Made by a program: the position numbers and the translations under genes | Assembly (NCBI GenBank): GCA_964016885.1 | Contig: OZ024756.1 | Coordinates: forward strand, 15,562,001 to 15,626,000 | Reading direction: 5' to 3' | Length of the DNA stretch: 64,000 nucleotides | Source: Eledone cirrhosa | Taxonomy: Eukaryota | The notes under the pieces: model-generated | Told to the model about the DNA's origin: nothing | Databases searched by the model: none | The model's input: only the letters and a program-made list of their open reading frames with translations | Part shown: positions 40,401 through 51,519 of the stretch, in pieces | How the letters are laid out: each line of letters begins with the position of its first letter | How positions within the stretch are numbered: the stretch's first letter is position 1

Positions 40401-43400
40401 GATGATACACACACTCACATATTGTTTAATTTTTGAAATGATATTTTTGTTTGTTTTATATATACTAGCAGAAAAACCACTCTCCAGGTGGTTTTCTGCT
40501 AGCATGTGTAGTGTGCATATTGATATTATATGCATGTAGATATGATACATCAAATAAAATCATAATTGACAATATACACAGAAATTGAATGAAGACTGCA
40601 TTACACTGTTTTATGTAATCAGTAAAGTAATCCATGATACATTAAAAAAAGACGATATTATATATAAACTGCATTAGGAGAAAATTAGTGACAGAAATAT
40701 ATGAATGTTTATTTAAGCGATCGCTAACCAGAAGTGTTGACATTTAAACATTTTAAAGAAGTGAATCTTTAAATAAACAATAAAATATATTTAATCAACA
40801 GCTACGAAATTTAGTAGATAAATTATGTAATACTCATTCATTATTTATTCAAAGTAATCCAACTTATTTTACTAATGGGATAAAAAATTATAAACCGTAC
40901 GCAGTCCCGCGCTTCTTACTTTATTATAGTTTAGATTTCTTGTCTCTATTTTCTTCCCACATGTGTCTGCCTCATGTAACCTGTACCACATGTCTCTGCC
41001 TCACATAACCTGTACCACATGTGCCTGCCTCATATGTTTCCTGTACTACATGTGTCTGCCTCATGTAACCTGTACCACATGTGCCTGCCTCATATGTTTC
41101 CTGTACTCCAGTGAAGAAAGACACTTTAGGGGATAAAATCCTGGATAATCCTTTATATGCGGTATGTTGACATTTTTTACTTCACTTTACCTCGCAATAA
41201 TCTCTTTGGTTCTGAATAGGGGTGGGGTATGATTAAATACACCCAGTACACTCAGTAAAGGAAAAGCATCCAGTGTGTAAAGAAGCTTGTCAAACATTGG
41301 GTTGGAAGGACTTTTCAGTTGTGTCAAGGAAATGACAACCTCTCTAGTGTTGGATAGGATAAAGATGCCATAACTCCTTGTGGGGTCGTAGAGGCACCGT
41401 CGTACGGTGTGTCTAGGGCACTTTTAAACCTGGCAGAGCCCAACCCTCTCCAAGTCTGAACACAGCCGATTTTTTTCTATAGAGGAAGAATCAACCCCAG
41501 TAGTGGACTGGTACTTTTTTTTATCGACCTCAAGAGGATGAAAGGCAAAGTTGATTCTGGCGGGATTTGAACTCAGAGCTCACAATGAGGTGGAATGAAT
41601 ACCGTAAAGCATTCTATCTGATGTCTTAACGACTCTGCTAATTTGCCGCCTATTAGTGCTGGGGGCCATGATAAAATGCACCCAATACACTCTGTAAAGT
41701 GTTTAAACAAACGTAAGCGAGGTATGGCCTCCAACCCATCTGTGAAGACAGTGATTCCAATTAAGTGTTGACTTGGTCTCGGATTACCCAACTGACCCAT
41801 GGAACAGTAGTGGTGGTGGTGGTCATGATGGTGGTGGCAGTAGTGGTGGTGGTGGTGGTGGTGGTGGTGGTCATGATGATAGTGATGGTAATGATGGTTG
41901 TGGCAGTAGTGGTGGTGGTGGTGGTGGTGGTGGTCATGATGATAGTGATGGTAATGATGGTTGTGGCAGTAGTGGTGGTGATAGTGATGATGGTGGTGGT
42001 GGTGGTGGTGGTGGTCATGATGGTTGTGGCAGTAGTAGTGGTGATGATGATGGTTGTGGCAGTAGTGGTGGTGGTAGTGATGATGGTGGTGGTGGTAATG
42101 ATGATAGTGATGGTAATGATGGTTGTGGCAGTAGTGGTGGTGGTAGTGATGATGGTGGTGGTGGTAATGATGATAGTGATGGTAATGATGGTTGTGGCAG
42201 TAGTGGTGGTGGTGGTCATGATGGTGGTGGTGGCAGTGGTCATGATGATGGTTGTGGCAGTGATGATGATGATGATATTGATGGTAATGATAGTGATGAT
42301 GATTGATGATGCTAATGTTATTGATGATGATGATGATGATGATGACTATCAGTCTCCTGCAACATCCAGTTCTATATTCCAGATAGATTCCAAGAACCTC
42401 TTCACCAAAGAACTAGAGGATGCTTTGTTAAATGGAGATGTTGATTTTCTTGTCCATTCCCTCAAAGACCTGCCAACTTGTCTTGATGAACGCTTTGTTG
42501 TGGCTGCCATCTTGAAGTGAGTTCTTCTTTGTTGTTGTTGTTGTTGTTGTAGTCATTGTTGTAGTTATTGTCGTTGTTGAGGTGGTTGTTGTGGTCATTG
42601 TTGTTGAGGCGGTTGTTGTTGTTGTTGTTGTGGTGGTGGTTGTTAAGTGCTGTAGAATTCTAACATGGCATACTGGTTCCCTTTTATTAAAGTATTTGTC
42701 TCATTTCTCTATTTTAAAGGCGAGACAGTCCTTACGATGCCCTCGTCATGCACCAATCTTCAGATTGTAAGGATCTGTCATTGTTACCTGCCGGAAGGTA
42801 AGTTCTCTGTCCTCCTCATCAGAAACATTATTTAACTTTGCCTTTCATACTTACGGGGTCGATAAAATAAAGCACCAGTAAATGAACTGGGGTAATTGCT
42901 GGCCTTGTGCCAAAACGTAGAAACAATTATTTATCCACCTGTTGTTAAGCTGATAAGATGGGAGTTTTGAGGAAGCAGGTGGACCCTTCAGTCATGTCAA
43001 GGACACGATAGCCTCCCTAGTGTTTGGTGACCTAACGATCAACACCCCAGTATACACTGTAAAGTGGTTGGTGATATGAAGGGCATCTAGCCATAGAAAT
43101 CTTGCTAAACAAAGATTTAGGAGGAACCCTTCAGTTGAGTCAAAGACATGACAACTTCTACTGTGCACTCAGTAGAACGTGAGACCTACATAAGCGAGAG
43201 ACTTATCCTTTGTCTGTTTAGGAAATCAGTAGCCCCACTTCAGTACTGACTTGGTTTATGTGAACCCATCCAACCCTTTCTAGCAGGGTGATCAGTAGCC
43301 TCACTTCAGTACTGACTTGGTCTATGTAGACCCATCCAACCTTTGCTAGTAGGGAAAGTGGACATTAACCAATGAAGATGATTTAGCTACTATTTCCAAT

Positions 43401-46400
43401 AGGTTATATGACCGTGTTTAGCTTCCCTTCTCTCATCTTCTTCATCTTCCAATCCATACACCCATCCCACCCCCCATGTTATCTCATCTTCTTCCAATCC
43501 ATTATTTCTCATATGGAAGTGTGTTATTATATTTTACAGTGTTGTCGGTACCAGTTCTCTACGAAGGATTGCCCAGCTCAAACGCAAACATCCACACTTG
43601 GTTTTTGAAAGTATTGTATCCTTTACTGTTTGATTTGTGTTGTTTAGCCCCAGGTCAGACCTGATCCGGCAAACATACAACCAAAGGCGTTCCAGCTATG
43701 ACCCTTCCAACTCTTTTTCAAATTTAATATAATTAGTATTACATTATCCAATGTATTGTTTGTTTGTCTCTACTTTTCACATTCAACATAATTAGTGCAG
43801 GTGGTGATATTTCTTTACGTGCTGTGTAAACAGATGTCTTGCTGCTCAGCAATTAGATGTACTAAGGTCCATACCTTACTTTTAAAAAAAAAACAGGCGA
43901 GGATTGGTGTTAGGAGGGCATCCAGTCATAGAATACTGTCACAAAAGTCTCACCCAATCCATGCCATCATGGAAAAATGAACAAAAAAAAAGTTTTGATG
44001 ATAACAAATCATCCTAGTTTAACCATATAGCATTTACATTACTTTATATTTACTATTGTATGTTCACAGTAAACACTTTACCTGACAAAATTATCTTACA
44101 TAATATCGAATCTATGAGATTTTGATATTATTTATTTTGAGAACAATACCTTAACGTCAGTACGAGTGGCTGGTTACAGTCGGTTTGAACAGAAAGAAGT
44201 GAGAGAATTCTGACTGGATATGGCCAGTTTAAATGCTAAAGGATTAAATGAAACATTGTAAAATATGTGGTTATGATTGCTTTGGGAAAGCTGTTAGTTG
44301 TGAGTTATAAATACAGGAGTGAAAATAACAGTTTACACTTTTGTCTTATATTTCATGATATTTGGAAGTGAGGAGCTCTTTTTCAGAAGGAAAGAAATGG
44401 AGTGTGATATTGATACTTCCTTTCTTTTGAAAAAGATCTTCTTTGCCCACTTATTCCTGAGAGGGCCATGGGGACAGAGCCCTCATACACTCCTTCTAGT
44501 GGGTCTTATCAGAAGCAATAGTCTCTAATTTATCTGGCCGGATCTCCAAGCAAGACCAGCAATGTTCCAACCTCAAAGTATCTTGAAATATAAGGTAAAA
44601 GTATAAACGGTTGATGATGATGATGATGATTTCTGTGTCAATGTGTTTCCTTAACTATGCACCTTAGAGAGGTAACCTGAACACAAGATTTAAGAAACTC
44701 GATGAACACGACACGTATAATGCCATGATTCTTGCTGTTGCTGGATTGGACAGGATGAACATGTCAAATCGAATAACTAAGGTAATGTATCCCCCCCCCC
44801 CTCCTCCCGCCCACACACACACACACTTTTTACAAACCTTAGTTCTTCATCAAGAATCTTGGGACTTCACATCAACAATAGCCTTTTCTACTGCGACAAC
44901 AGATTCTGCTCTTCATAACTGGTTGGTCTCATACCATACCCACTCAGGCACGCATGACCCCTGACTCACTCGGCTTGAGAGAGGGAGAGAGAGAGAGGGA
45001 GAGAGACTACATGAATTGGACAGGACCCTTTAGCCGGCAGTGGATGATCCAGCCTCCCCATTACACTCTGTAAAGAGTTGGTGTTGGTGCCACAATAAAA
45101 GGTACCCAGTACACTGTAAAGTGTTAGTACTGATGCCATGATAAAATGCACCCAATACACCTTATAAAGTGTTAGTACTGATGCCATGATAAAATGCACC
45201 CAGTACACCCTGTAAAGTGTTAGTACTGGTGCCATAATAAAATGCACCCAGTACACCCTGTAAAGTGTTAGTACTGGTGCCATAATAAAATGCACCCAGT
45301 ATATTTTGTAAAAAGTTTAGCATTAAGAAGAACCACCAGCTGTAGAAAACGATGCCATATATGGAACATATGAGCACAGTAAGATCTCTCCAAGCCATCT
45401 AGTCTAAGAGTGGGACAACCCACCCAACCAATTCCAGCATTGAAATTGGACATAAAAATGATGTTGGTGATGATGATGATGATGAGCAAAAAATCCCTAA
45501 ATATACAAACCTCAGTTGACCTTTTAATAATGGCACAAGGCCAACAATTTTTTAGGGGGAAGGGAAAGTCAATTAAATTGACCCCGTGAGGTTGAAAGGC
45601 AAATTAACCTCGGCGGGATTTGAACTCAGTGTAAAGGGCCGTAACTATATGCCACAAAGCATGTTGTCCAATGCTCTACCAATCCTGCCAATCTGCTGCC
45701 CTTTTAATAATGGGTTCTACTATAGGCAAAAGACCAGGAATTTTGGGGGAGGGTGGAAAGTCTATTAAATCGACCCCAGTGCATTACTGGTACTTTATTT
45801 TATCGACTCCCTAAGGATGAAAGGCAAAGTTAACCTCACCATGATTTGAACTCAGAATGTACAGGGCCATAACTCTATACTACAAGTCAGGGTATCCAAT
45901 GCTCTACCAATTCTGCCAATCCACTGCCCTTTTAATAATTGTTTCTACTATTGGCACAAGGCCAGCAATTACCCAGTGCATTACTGGTACTTTATTTTAT
46001 CGATCCCGTAAGGATGAAAGGCAAAGTTAACCTCGGCGGGATTTGAACTCAGATCATACAGGGAGGTAACTCTATGCTTCAAAGCATGGCGTCCCACCCT
46101 CTACCAATACTGCCAATCCACTGCCCTTTTAATAATGACCTTTCTATATATTTGATCAGGTACTAGAAGAAGATGAGTGTCTATATGCTGTTGGCCAAGG
46201 AGCCATTTGTGTGGAATGTCGCCAAAGTGATAAGAAGATGCAACAAATCTTAGCTTCCATCAATGATGAAGAAACAGTGCTACAGTGTGTTGCAGAGAGG
46301 GCATTACTGAAGAAAATGGTATCTCTTTTATATATATTTCATTCCTGTATGTTAAACTACTATATATATATATATATACACTCATACATACATACATATA

Positions 46401-46551
46401 TATATATATATACACACTCATACATACATCTATATATATACACTCATACATACATATATACACACACATATATAATTATATATATATAAACACAAATATA
46501 TATAGATGCATATCATCATCATTTTATGTCCGCTTTTCTCTGCTTGCAAAG

Positions 46552-46584
<33 letters not shown>

Positions 46585-48043
46585 ATCAGCTATTTTATAT
46601 TTATGTATATGTACTATACTACTGGTATCTCATTTATATATGTATATATATATACAATGCTACTACTTTGTGTATTTATGTGGATGTGTGTTGTGTCTCT
46701 GTAGAGTATGAGTGTGTGTCTCTTTGTGTTTGTATCTGTGTGTGTTTGTGGATGTGTTTGTATCTGTAGAGGAAGGGCCTGAGTGTTTGTGGATGTGTTT
46801 GTATCTGTAGGGGAAGGGCCTGGGTGTTTGCAGATGTGTTTGTATCTGTAGGGGAAGGGCTTGGGTGTTTGTGGATGTGTTTGTATATGTAGGGGAAGGG
46901 CCTGGGTGTTTGCGGATGTGTTTGTATCTGTAGGAGAAGGGCCAGGGTGTTTGTGAATGTGTTTGTATCTGTAGGGGAAGGGTCTGGGTGTTTGTGGATG
47001 TGTTTGTATCTGTAGGGGAGGGGTCAGGGTGTTTGTGGATGTGTTTATATCTGTGTGTGTATGCCTATGTTTGTGTGTTTCTATATCCATATCTTTCAAA
47101 GTGTAATGTTTCTTTTTATTTGTCGACAGGAAGGTGGTTGCAGTGTACCCATTGGTGTGAAAACAACCATTGAGAACAACACGGTAAGTTGGTTGGGGTT
47201 TTCATCAGGGTAGATTGTCAGTAAGGGGGTAAGATATGTATGGCAATATGTCAGGGTATGTTACTGAGTTGAAAAATAAAATGAAATTTACAGCTCACAC
47301 CTATGCAGGTTTAGCTGGCTTTTCCTGAGGTTCTATTTTATAGGAAGTTCCATGGGTGTTTTAATGATAGGGGCCCTAATTCTATCATGAAAAACAAACA
47401 TGAAATGAAGTGCCTTACTCAAGAACACAATGTGCTGCTTGGTCTAAGAATCAAACCCACAACCTCATGATCATGAGTCCAACATCCTAACCATGGGAGG
47501 CTGGTCCACACTAGAGGTGTGACCCCCATCCTGTAACCTGGTTTGACCGAGAAACCTGGCTCAAATCAATGACTCGGGCCCCATTTTGTAACCTGACTCA
47601 AATTGGTGACTTGGCTTGAATGAAAGACCTGATTCTATCTTGTAACCTGGTCCAAACCAGTGACAAGGTCCATCTTGTAACCCAGCTCAAATTGGAGTCC
47701 TGATCTGAACAAAAAACTTAGCTCAAATTGAGAGCCTGACCCAAACCAGTGACTGGGTCTCAAAATGGTGGCCTGACCCTATCTTGTAATCTGGCTCAAA
47801 TTGTTCTGGTCCAAAATAGTTATATTTCAGTTTAGTTTATAACCTAAAAAAGGAGAAAAACTTCTGAAAGTAAATATGTATTCCTGAGTTTTTTTATTGT
47901 CAATACCTTTTAAGTCTTCACTTTTTGTTCCAGTTAACCATAAAAGGTGGCATCTTCAGTCAAGATGGCACAGAGTGTATTGTAGATGTGGCACATGGGG
48001 AGCTGCCAGGAGATGAAGAACCTCCTTTGAAAAAGGTCAGCTA

Positions 48044-48082
<39 letters not shown>

Positions 48083-48551
48083 CCAGAAATTGATTGACAT
48101 ATATATATCTAAAATAAACATATGAAACAATCAATATATATATATATATGGCGCATGTCTTTCGGACATGACACCCTTAATTTAATTTTGGATATATATA
48201 TATATATATATATGGAGGCACATGGCTTAGTGGTTAGAGCATTGGCCTTGCAATCGAAAGGTTGTGAGTTCAATTCTCCGACCGGGTGATGTGTTGTTTC
48301 CTTGAGCAAGACACTTTATTTCACATTGCTCCAGTTTACTCAGCTGTAGAAATGAGATGATAGGGACTGGGGTCCATATCATTCCACTGCAAAGTGGTCG
48401 TGTAGGTGCCATGGCAAAAAAAGCACCCAGCACTCACTGTAAATGAGGTTGGTGTTAGGAAGGGCATCCAGCTGTAGAAATCAAGCCAGAATCAGTTCCC
48501 CTCCCACCCTTGCAAGCAGGGAAAAGGGGACGTAAAATGATGATGATGATG

Positions 48552-48585
<34 letters not shown>

Positions 48586-50008
48586 GCATTGTCATATCAT
48601 CACAGTTTATCATCCATTTTTCATAGCTCGCATGATTTAGATGTGTTGGTGATGTTGATGGTTGTGGAAGTATGGCGATGTGCCTGGTGTGACATGATTA
48701 CAGTTCCTGTAAATATCATGTCATACCCACCACCACGCGGCACATCACCATAACTTCCACAGCCATCAACATCACCAACACATATCATCCCTCCCTAAAC
48801 AACATGTGTGTGTGTCTGTGTGTAAGTATATTTGTACAACGCCATTTCCACTGACTCTATATATATATATACATGTGTATGTATACAACATATTTGTCAG
48901 ACTAAGTGTGTCTATATATGTATCTCCTTATGGAAATGAAACCACGAACACAATCATGACTGACACCACCATAAACACCGCAACCTTTCATCTTTATCAC
49001 AAACAACAACACCACCCCCAAAAATCAGCCACATCTACATGCCAAACCGTCTACTGACAACCAGCACCCCCATACCACGTCCACTTCAACCTGCGACCAT
49101 CACCACCGACTTATCACCACACCCACCCCCCACATACACTACAGGCAAAAACATCCCTATGAATTAATCCACCAATCAAAACAAACTTTAATGACCACCA
49201 TAGGAACTTCTGACTTTATCATACAGCATGTATATTCAGTTTTTTATTAACATTACAAGGGGTCTGACGAGCCGCGGATTACAGAGTCAGGTCTGATCGA
49301 TGCTGGTCGAACCTTGAGCTGGTCAGTGGCGAAACGTGCGTCACCAACCAATAAATGTAATGAAGGAGTAACCAATCGTCCTTGTTATTTTATTTCACTA
49401 TATTACACTCTGTCTAGCTCTACACCTCGACACTGAAGTGAACCTAAACATCGAGTGCTCACCCGGGTGAACCTACAGTAACTCCAAGTTACACTCCCTG
49501 GATATATATATATATATATATATACGATATTAATAAATGGAAACTATATTTATAAAACCATATTTATTTCATTATACATATTTCAGGGATACCAAATTAA
49601 ATTATGGTATGCCTTCATCAGACAAAATACAATATATAACAGTTTTACAAATAAGCTTTGACGTACCCTTTTAAAATGCAACCATTATTTTTGGAAGCCA
49701 TCTGGATGGCTTCCAACCATTATTTTTGGAAGCCATCCAGATGGCTTCCAAAAATAATGGTTCCATTTTAAAAGGGTACGTCAAAGCTTATTTGTAAAAC
49801 TGTTATATATTGTATTTTGTCTGATGAAGGCATACCATAATTTAATTTGGTATCCCTGAAATATGTATAATGAAATAAACATGGTTTTATAAATATAGTT
49901 TCCATTTATTAATATCATATATCTACTCCAAATACTTGTCGAGTGCTTTATATCAGTTATAAAAATATTTACTTGTTGTATCCCAACAATTTTAAATAGA
50001 ACTTTTGC

Positions 50009-50046
<38 letters not shown>

Positions 50047-50650
50047 ACATGTATCATCACCGTTTTATGTCCGTTCTTCCACGTTAGCATGGGTTATATA
50101 CACGTGTATATATATATATATTATTATCATCATCGTCGTCGTTTAATGTCCACCTTCCACGCTAGCATGGGTTAGACGGGTTGTCCCATTCGAGGCAAGT
50201 TGGGTCAGGTGATCATATACGGCTCATACAGAGCTGTTTCTAGCTAGATTTCTACGGCTGGATGCCCTTTCTAATGCCAACCATATTTACAGTGTGTGCT
50301 GGGATCCTTTTTGCCAAGACTCCCACTTTACAGTGTGGGCTGGGTGCTTTTTGTCGTGACACCTACATTTTATATTATAGTTATCAGCATTCTGGCTACT
50401 ATGAACTGTATTTTTTTTTTTTTTAAGACTTTTATTTGATGGAGTCTGTTACATTATTTTACAGGATGACCTTGGAGAATTAGATTTCACCCACATCGTG
50501 GCACCAAACATTTCAATGGGAAGACTAAAGGCAGCGAGAAATATTGGCATTGAACTGGCTGAGAAACTCATGACGGATAAAGGTCGGAAGATTTTAGAAG
50601 AAGCAAAGCAGGCTGTGGCCAAAGTGAAGGATATCTGCAAAAAGACATGA
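27717..50650 (+). CDS. HMBS: Hydroxymethylbilane synthase (porphobilinogen deaminase), 11 coding exons, 371 aa; join(27717..27809,37969..38038,41112..41161,42383..42516,42720..42797,43540..43615,44668..44781,46160..46318,47130..47183,47934..48035,50465..50650)
   Basis: Manual splicing gives one open frame of 1116 nt with all introns GT..AG and phases consistent. Family motifs present: [33 protein letters not shown] (catalytic Asp), [35 protein letters not shown] (cofactor-binding Cys). Confidence 0.97.
28875..29310 (-). mobile_element. Non-LTR retrotransposon 3' fragment
   Basis: [25 protein letters not shown]...LLLW, a typical post-RT region. Confidence 0.75.
30131..30468 (+). mobile_element. 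tRNA-headed SINE with CORE-like domain and RTE-derived body/tail (copies: 18165-18458 -, 24335-24717 -, 30992-31372 +, 48214-48552 +; variant 35174-35500)
   Basis: A box TGGCTTAGTGG, B box GAGTTCAATTC, ccttgagcaagacact domain, 3' end cccacccttgcaagcagggaaaagcggacgtaaaatgatgat shared with the local RTE. Confidence 0.85.
32600..33585 (-). mobile_element. RTE LINE RT fragment (degenerate)
   Basis: [18 protein letters not shown]...[27 protein letters not shown]. Confidence 0.88.
33729..34460 (+). mobile_element. RTE LINE 3' fragment
   Basis: ORF 33669..34439 with [27 protein letters not shown]; (GAT)n tail. Confidence 0.9.
34495..34700. repeat. AT-rich inverted repeat / MITE-like element
   Basis: tagttctaaacaatttgatttaatt...tttacaatttagttttg at the left is mirrored by caaaactaaattgtaaa...aattaaatcaaattgtttagaacta at the right. 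Confidence 0.65.
34788..35042 (-). mobile_element. RTE LINE extreme 3' end, inverted relative to 33729-34460
   Basis: [22 protein letters not shown]. Confidence 0.88.
35574..35976. mobile_element. hAT-type MITE of the same family, with a nested SINE fragment
   Basis: CAGAGGTTCTCAAA left TIR, degenerate right TIR; TSD atttagaa/gtttagaa; SINE at ~35714-35845. Confidence 0.75.
36410..37850. repeat. G-rich tetranucleotide-based satellite (GGTA/GGCT/GACT)
   Basis: Repeated ggctggctgactgggtaggtaggt. Confidence 0.95.
37969..38038 (+). CDS. HMBS: HMBS exon 2 ([23 protein letters not shown])
   Basis: ttgtag acceptor, GTAAGT donor, phase 0 to 1, LAxIQT motif. Confidence 0.93.
38070..39680. repeat. 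~146-bp unit tandem repeat built from CA/GA microsatellite blocks
   Basis: Periodicity of 146 (sometimes 166) nt seen in the staggered ORF coordinates. Confidence 0.9.
40464..40936 (+). mobile_element. Helentron/HINE-like non-autonomous element (partial inverted copy at ~82-291)
   Basis: Starts ACTAGC with hairpin ctagcagaaaaaccac..gtggttttctgctag and ends ...tttattatagtttagat; the same sequence occurs reverse-complemented at the window start. Confidence 0.5.
41112..41161 (+). CDS. HMBS: HMBS exon 3 ([17 protein letters not shown])
   Basis: ctccag acceptor, GTATGT donor, GDKILD motif, 50 nt. Confidence 0.93.
41806..42345. repeat. GGT/GAT trinucleotide satellite directly upstream of HMBS exon 4
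   Basis: Direct inspection. Confidence 0.93.
42383..42516 (+). CDS. HMBS: HMBS exon 4 ([44 protein letters not shown])
   Basis: ttccag acceptor, GTGAGT donor, LFTKELE and VHSLKDLP motifs. Confidence 0.96.
42720..42797 (+). CDS. HMBS: HMBS exon 5 ([26 protein letters not shown])
   Basis: AG acceptor, GTAAGT donor, RxxPxDA motif, phase 2 to 2. Confidence 0.93.
43540..43615 (+). CDS. HMBS: HMBS exon 6 ([26 protein letters not shown])
   Basis: ttacag acceptor, VGTSSLRR motif, followed by U12-type donor GTATCCTTT. Confidence 0.96.
43616..44667 (+). other. U12-type (minor spliceosome) GT-AG intron, HMBS intron 6
   Basis: 5' splice site GTATCCTTT at 43616; branch point TTCCTTAAC at 44647-44655 ending 12 nt before the intron end; no polypyrimidine tract. 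Confidence 0.92.
44668..44781 (+). CDS. HMBS: HMBS exon 7 ([38 protein letters not shown])
   Basis: RGNLNTR and ILAxAGLxR motifs, GTAATG donor. Confidence 0.96.
46160..46318 (+). CDS. HMBS: HMBS exon 8 ([20 protein letters not shown]...[10 protein letters not shown])
   Basis: gatcag acceptor, YAVGQGA and AERA motifs, GT donor. Confidence 0.96.
46735..47055. repeat. 41-bp tandem repeat (~7 units)
   Basis: gtttgtggatgtgtttgtatctgtaggggaagggcctgggt. Confidence 0.9.
47130..47183 (+). CDS. HMBS: HMBS exon 9 ([18 protein letters not shown])
   Basis: EGGCSVP cofactor-binding Cys motif, acag acceptor and GTAAGT donor. Confidence 0.96.
47934..48035 (+). CDS. HMBS: HMBS exon 10 ([34 protein letters not shown])
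   Basis: ttccag acceptor, GGxxSxDG motif, GTCAGC donor. Confidence 0.92.
48641..48783. repeat. Imperfect ~140-nt hairpin in HMBS intron 10
   Basis: atgtgttggtgatgttgatggttgtggaagt.atggcgatgtgcc pairs with ggcacatcaccataacttccacagccatcaacatcaccaacacat. Confidence 0.75.
49261..49345 (+). ncRNA. Type I hammerhead ribozyme-like motif with extended stem II, in HMBS intron 10
   Basis: ggt-CTGACGA-gccgc-(50 nt, partly self-complementary)-gtggc-GAAAC-gtgc-GTC-acc; full catalytic core and GUC cleavage triplet. Confidence 0.72.
49525..49920. repeat. Long inverted repeat (~400 bp) with a hammerhead-like motif on each strand; probable Penelope-like pseudo-LTR remnant
   Basis: Arms are near-perfect reverse complements. 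The + strand at 49817-49873 reads ttgt-CTGATGA-aggcatacca-loop-tggtatccct-GAAA-tatgt-ATA-atga. Confidence 0.75.
50465..50650 (+). CDS. HMBS: HMBS exon 11, last coding exon ([48 protein letters not shown]...KKT*)
   Basis: tttacag acceptor, AAxNxGIxLAxxL..G..IL C-terminal helix motif, TGA at 50648-50650. Confidence 0.93.
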   Translation, partial: DDLGELDFTHIVAPNISMGRLKAARNIGIELAEKLMTDKGRKILEEAKQAVAKVKDICKKT

Positions 50651-50892
50651 TTGATTTTGGGGGGGGAGGGAAAGAAGTTATTGAGATGGTGATTGTGGTG
50701 GTAATGATGATGATTGTGGTAGGGATGATGATGGAAGAACAATGGTGGTGGGAGTTGGGGTGAGCTTCTAACTTTACCTTTGGCTCCTCAATGCTGCATA
50801 TCTCTTCTTCTTAAAGTAGACAAATAGAAGGTGCTAATGGATTGTGCTGAGAATATTCCAGCACCCCACCAGGTTATGTGTGGAAATATATA

Positions 50893-50997
50893 CACAGTGT
50901 CCCCCCAAAAAAATGTATACACACTTCAACAGCATTCTAATAAATTTTGCCTGTACAAGTAATCAAAGTGCGTATACAGTTTTTGGGGACACCCTGT
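50893..50997. mobile_element. Tc1/mariner-type ~105-bp MITE (other copies ~25618-25718, 36181-36285, 51157-51254)
   Basis: TA-flanked TIRs CA..GTGTCCC / GGACACCCTG and a shared internal sequence. Confidence 0.72.
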
Positions 50998-51300
50998 ATA
51001 TACATATATGTACACACACATTAATCTTAACATGCTACAGATATAGATATATGAGTAGATGTGTGTATGAACATATCTATGTACATATGTATGTATGTTG
51101 GTGTGGCTGGCTTCTTGTATGTATTATGTTTTTATAATACATAAACATTATTATATACAAGGTGTCCTCCAAAAATGTATACACACTTCAACAGCATTCT
51201 AATAAATATTAGCTGTACAGGTAATAAAAGTGTATGCATTTTTGGAGGACACTATATATAAATACATTTATATATATATATATTTTATATATATATATTT

Positions 51301-51334
<34 letters not shown>

Positions 51335-51519
51335 ATATTATATATATATATATTTTATATATATATATTTTATATATATATATATTTTATATATATTATA
51401 TATATATATATTTTATATATATTATATATATATATATTTTATATATATTATATATATATATATTTTATATATATATATTATATATGATGATGATGATGAT
51501 GATATATATATATATATAC

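Noticed and set aside
41765-42382. Val/Met-rich N-terminal extension in frame with HMBS exon 4
   Set aside because: Intronic GGT/GAT satellite; a clean acceptor at 42381-42382 and upstream exons supply the real N-terminus
46319-47129. Second possible U12 intron (donor GTATCTCTT)
   Set aside because: Deviates from GTATCCTT, has no TCCTTAAC branch site and has an ordinary polypyrimidine acceptor
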